Assembly (NCBI GenBank): GCA_041572575.1
Contig: JBFFSH010000046.1
Coordinates: 1-19,455 of the forward strand
Length of the DNA: 19,455 nucleotides
From: Thermodesulfobacteriota bacterium
GTDB lineage: Bacteria > Desulfobacterota_D > UBA1144 > Nemesobacterales > N074bin48
Direction: 5' to 3'
Shown: positions 17,446 through 19,455 of the stretch, one piece after another
How the letters are laid out: every line of letters begins with the position of its first letter
How positions within the stretch are numbered: the first letter of the stretch is position 1
Made by a program: the position numbers and the translations under genes
The notes under the pieces: generated by a model
Told to the model about the DNA's origin: nothing
Database searches by the model: none
Seen by the model: only the letters and a program-made list of their open reading frames with translations

Positions 17446-18582
17446 GTGGACATAAATAAGATTACATCTCTTATTAAGGAAAAAGCGCTTACCACCGGAT
17501 TTGATCTTGTGGCCGTTTCAGCGGTGGGCAGGTTTCCTGAAAACCAGTTTTATAAAGAGTGGCTCGATAAGGGTTATGCCGGCAAGATGGGGTATCTTGA
17601 AAGAAATTCTGCCAAAAGGGAAGACATTACCCAAGTCCTTCCAGGTGCCAAATCCATTATCTGCTGTGCCGTTAACTACAACACTGACTATCCATACTCC
17701 ACTGAGCTTGATGATACAGACAGGGGATGGATATCGCGATACGCATGGGGAGATGACTACCACGGTAGTGTGCTAGATATGCTAAAATCCCTAAATGAAT
17801 TCTGTAAGGAGATTTGCCCGGATTCGTTTAATTCCAAATTCTATGTAGATACCGGCCCTGTGATGGAAAAAGTTTATTCAAAGTACTCTGGAATAGGCTG
17901 GATAGGGAAAAACACCTGCCTTATAAACCAGGGGGCAGGGTCGTGGCTTTTTCTTGGTGAGATCATAACCGATATGGTGCTTGAATACGACACCGAGGCT
18001 CCCGACAGATGCGGCACATGCACAAGGTGCATTGATGCCTGCCCGACAGGTGCAATTGTAAAGCCCTATGTGCTTGATGCGACAAAATGCATCTCTTATC
18101 TTACAATAGAGCTAAAAGACTCCATTCCCTCTGAGCTAAGAGAGGGGTTGGAAAACAATATCTACGGCTGTGACATATGCCAGGATGTATGCCCCTGGAA
18201 TAGTAAAGATAATCGTGAAGCGAATATTACAGATGCTCCGGAGTTTCAGCCAAGGGAGGGGCTTTTAAATCCAAAGCTTACTGATATTGCCGGTATGACA
18301 CCGGATAGGTTTAGAGAGGTATTTAGGAAGAGCCCCATAAAAAGAACCAAGAGAAGGGGGCTTATAAGAAACGCTCTTATAGCTATAGGAAATTCGGGTA
18401 ACACCGGGTTTGCTGCAGAAGTGAAAAATGCGCTAACTGATGAAGAGCCTCTTATAAGGGCAGCGGCTGTCTGGGCGCTTTGGAAACTTCTTGGAGATGA
18501 AGCAAAACAACAATTATCTTTGATGTTGGAGCATGAAACAGATAGTATTGTAATTAGTGAAATAGATGACATATTAAAATAA
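17446..18582 (+). CDS. queG: tRNA epoxyqueuosine(34) reductase
   Basis: ISRYAWGDDYH, YVDTGPVMEK, GIGWIGKN, GSWLFLGEI, CGTCTRCIDACPT, CISYLTIE, GCDICQDVCPWN and a C-terminal HEAT-like segment. GTG start. Confidence 0.97.
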   Translation: MDINKITSLIKEKALTTGFDLVAVSAVGRFPENQFYKEWLDKGYAGKMGYLERNSAKREDITQVLPGAKSIICCAVNYNTDYPYSTELDDTDRGWISRYAWGDDYHGSVLDMLKSLNEFCKEICPDSFNSKFYVDTGPVMEKVYSKYSGIGWIGKNTCLINQGAGSWLFLGEIITDMVLEYDTEAPDRCGTCTRCIDACPTGAIVKPYVLDATKCISYLTIELKDSIPSELREGLENNIYGCDICQDVCPWNSKDNREANITDAPEFQPREGLLNPKLTDIAGMTPDRFREVFRKSPIKRTKRRGLIRNALIAIGNSGNTGFAAEVKNALTDEEPLIRAAAVWALWKLLGDEAKQQLSLMLEHETDSIVISEIDDILK

Positions 18583-18603
18583 TCCAAAGAGAAATATAAA
18601 AAG

Positions 18604-19029
18604 ATGTCAGACAAGAAAGAAGAAATATTAAATCTTAATAAAACGTTTTATGACGCCCTTGGCGCAAACGATATAGAGCTTATGGAAAGCGTGTGGGTTA
18701 CTGACCACAGGGCAAAGTGTATCCACCCGGGCTGGCCGCTTCTCATTGGATGGGATCCTATTAAAAAGAGCTGGGAGAACATATTTGTAGCAGGCGGGAT
18801 ATCCGGGGTGAGCATTTCAGATGTTCATGTTGAGATTACAGATGAAATCTGCTGGGTTACATGCATCGAGCATATATCTCATGTAATAAATGACAAGATC
18901 GCCGTAAACCTCATTCAGGCCACAAACGTGTTTGAAGATACCGGAGATGACAACTGGAACATCGTGCTTCATCATGCCTCATCCATCCCCATCACAAGGG
19001 GCTATGCCAATAAAGAAACTCTGCAATGA
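18604..19029 (+). CDS. SnoaL-like / nuclear transport factor 2 family protein
   Basis: NKTFYDAL...MESVW...CIHPGW...GWDPIKKSWENIF...ATNVF...WNIVLHHAS pattern typical of this family. Confidence 0.85.
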   Translation: MSDKKEEILNLNKTFYDALGANDIELMESVWVTDHRAKCIHPGWPLLIGWDPIKKSWENIFVAGGISGVSISDVHVEITDEICWVTCIEHISHVINDKIAVNLIQATNVFEDTGDDNWNIVLHHASSIPITRGYANKETLQ

Positions 19030-19069
19030 TCCTTGGTAATCACCTTTAATTCAAATTAAAACAAAAGCA

Positions 19070-19098
19070 TTGACTCAAAAATCCAGATGTGATAGCAT
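19070..19098 (+). promoter_or_regulatory. Sigma70-type promoter
   Basis: TTGACT (19070-19075), 17-nt spacer ending in the extended -10 TG, then TAGCAT (19093-19098). Confidence 0.7.
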
Positions 19099-19162
19099 AA
19101 TTCTGTATTAAGGAGGATCAGTATTATAACTTCATATCTCGATATTCTATAAGGAAAAAACC

Positions 19163-19314
19163 ATGAACATAAACAGGATTTTTATAATTTCATTATTTGC
19201 TTTATCCATTTTATTTCTGCCATCAATGATTGAAAACGCACTTGCCGGCGGAGGACTCTCAGGAGCCTGTTGTGGTTGTAGTACGGGTAATCCTTCTGTA
19301 GATTGCAATTTGGG
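19163..19314 (+). pseudogene. 5' fragment of a secreted Cys-rich protein gene interrupted by an IS
   Basis: TAAGGA RBS at 19150-19155, signal peptide MNINRIFIISLFALSILFLPSMIENALA, mature start GGGLSGACCGCSTGNPSVDCNL. From 19315 the sequence is IS-derived. Confidence 0.75.
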
Positions 19315-19455
19315 TGTCAAGCCCCAGAATTTAGGTCCAGTTTTAAAGTTAGAATTTGTTAACATTTTGTCAGTGAGTTGGAGTGAAAGTTTGTTCATAG
19401 TTCGTGGTTTTTTTGTCTTGTATTAAAGCTTTTGGAGCAGGCGGTCTGTAACCAA
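19315..19455 (-). mobile_element. Right end of an IS3-family (IS407-group-like) insertion sequence, continuing beyond the window
   Basis: The minus strand ends CTAACTTTAAAACTGGACCTAAATTCTGGGGCTTGACA, with the terminal CA and the look of IS407-group right ends. It is preceded by a transposase tail reading (L)GYRPPAP. Confidence 0.85.
19370..19455 (-). CDS. IS3-family transposase (OrfB), C-terminal fragment
   Basis: From 19453: GYRPPAPKALIQDKKTTNYEQTFTPTH, stop TGA at 19372-19370. LGYRPPAP is the usual continuation of the RPHSSLGY motif of IS3-family transposases. Confidence 0.8.
   Translation of the reverse strand, partial: GYRPPAPKALIQDKKTTNYEQTFTPTH

Noticed and set aside
1308..18614. Remaining short ORFs nested in or antisense to recognised genes (e.g. 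1308..1517, 4702..5013, 6893..7195, 15370..15771, 15413..15844, 18246..18614)
   Set aside because: Shadow ORFs of well-supported genes, with no recognisable motifs.
19147..19398. 83-aa minus-strand ORF
   Set aside because: It starts inside the IS end and runs antisense to the signal-peptide gene, so it is a by-product of the insertion.

Overview
AT-rich bacterial chromosomal window, mostly housekeeping genes. In order: 5' part of dnaX, SRP RNA (ffs), tRNA-Ser(GGA), a monoheme cytochrome c, a cold-shock protein, tRNA-Leu(CAA), an LTA-synthase-family membrane protein, recQ, a long unknown exported-protein gene, a MoeB-rhodanese fusion, a class V PLP enzyme, a membrane HExxH/TPR protein, lspA, riboflavin synthase, aroK, a phosphofructokinase, a rhomboid protease, a degenerate KdsC-like HAD protein, queG and a SnoaL/NTF2-like protein. 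Two things are hidden by the ORF track. (1) The three minus-strand ORFs at 5590-8364 are one continuous reading frame of about 916 codons broken only by one in-frame TAG and one in-frame TGA, with an internally duplicated domain on either side of the TGA. (2) The window ends inside an IS3-family (IS407-like) element whose right end has inserted into a secreted Cys-rich gene at 19314/19315. Several enzymes show non-canonical active-site residues (PFK, LtaS-like, KdsC-like). I see no convincing multi-gene novel system. All calls come from reading motifs by eye, with no database search.
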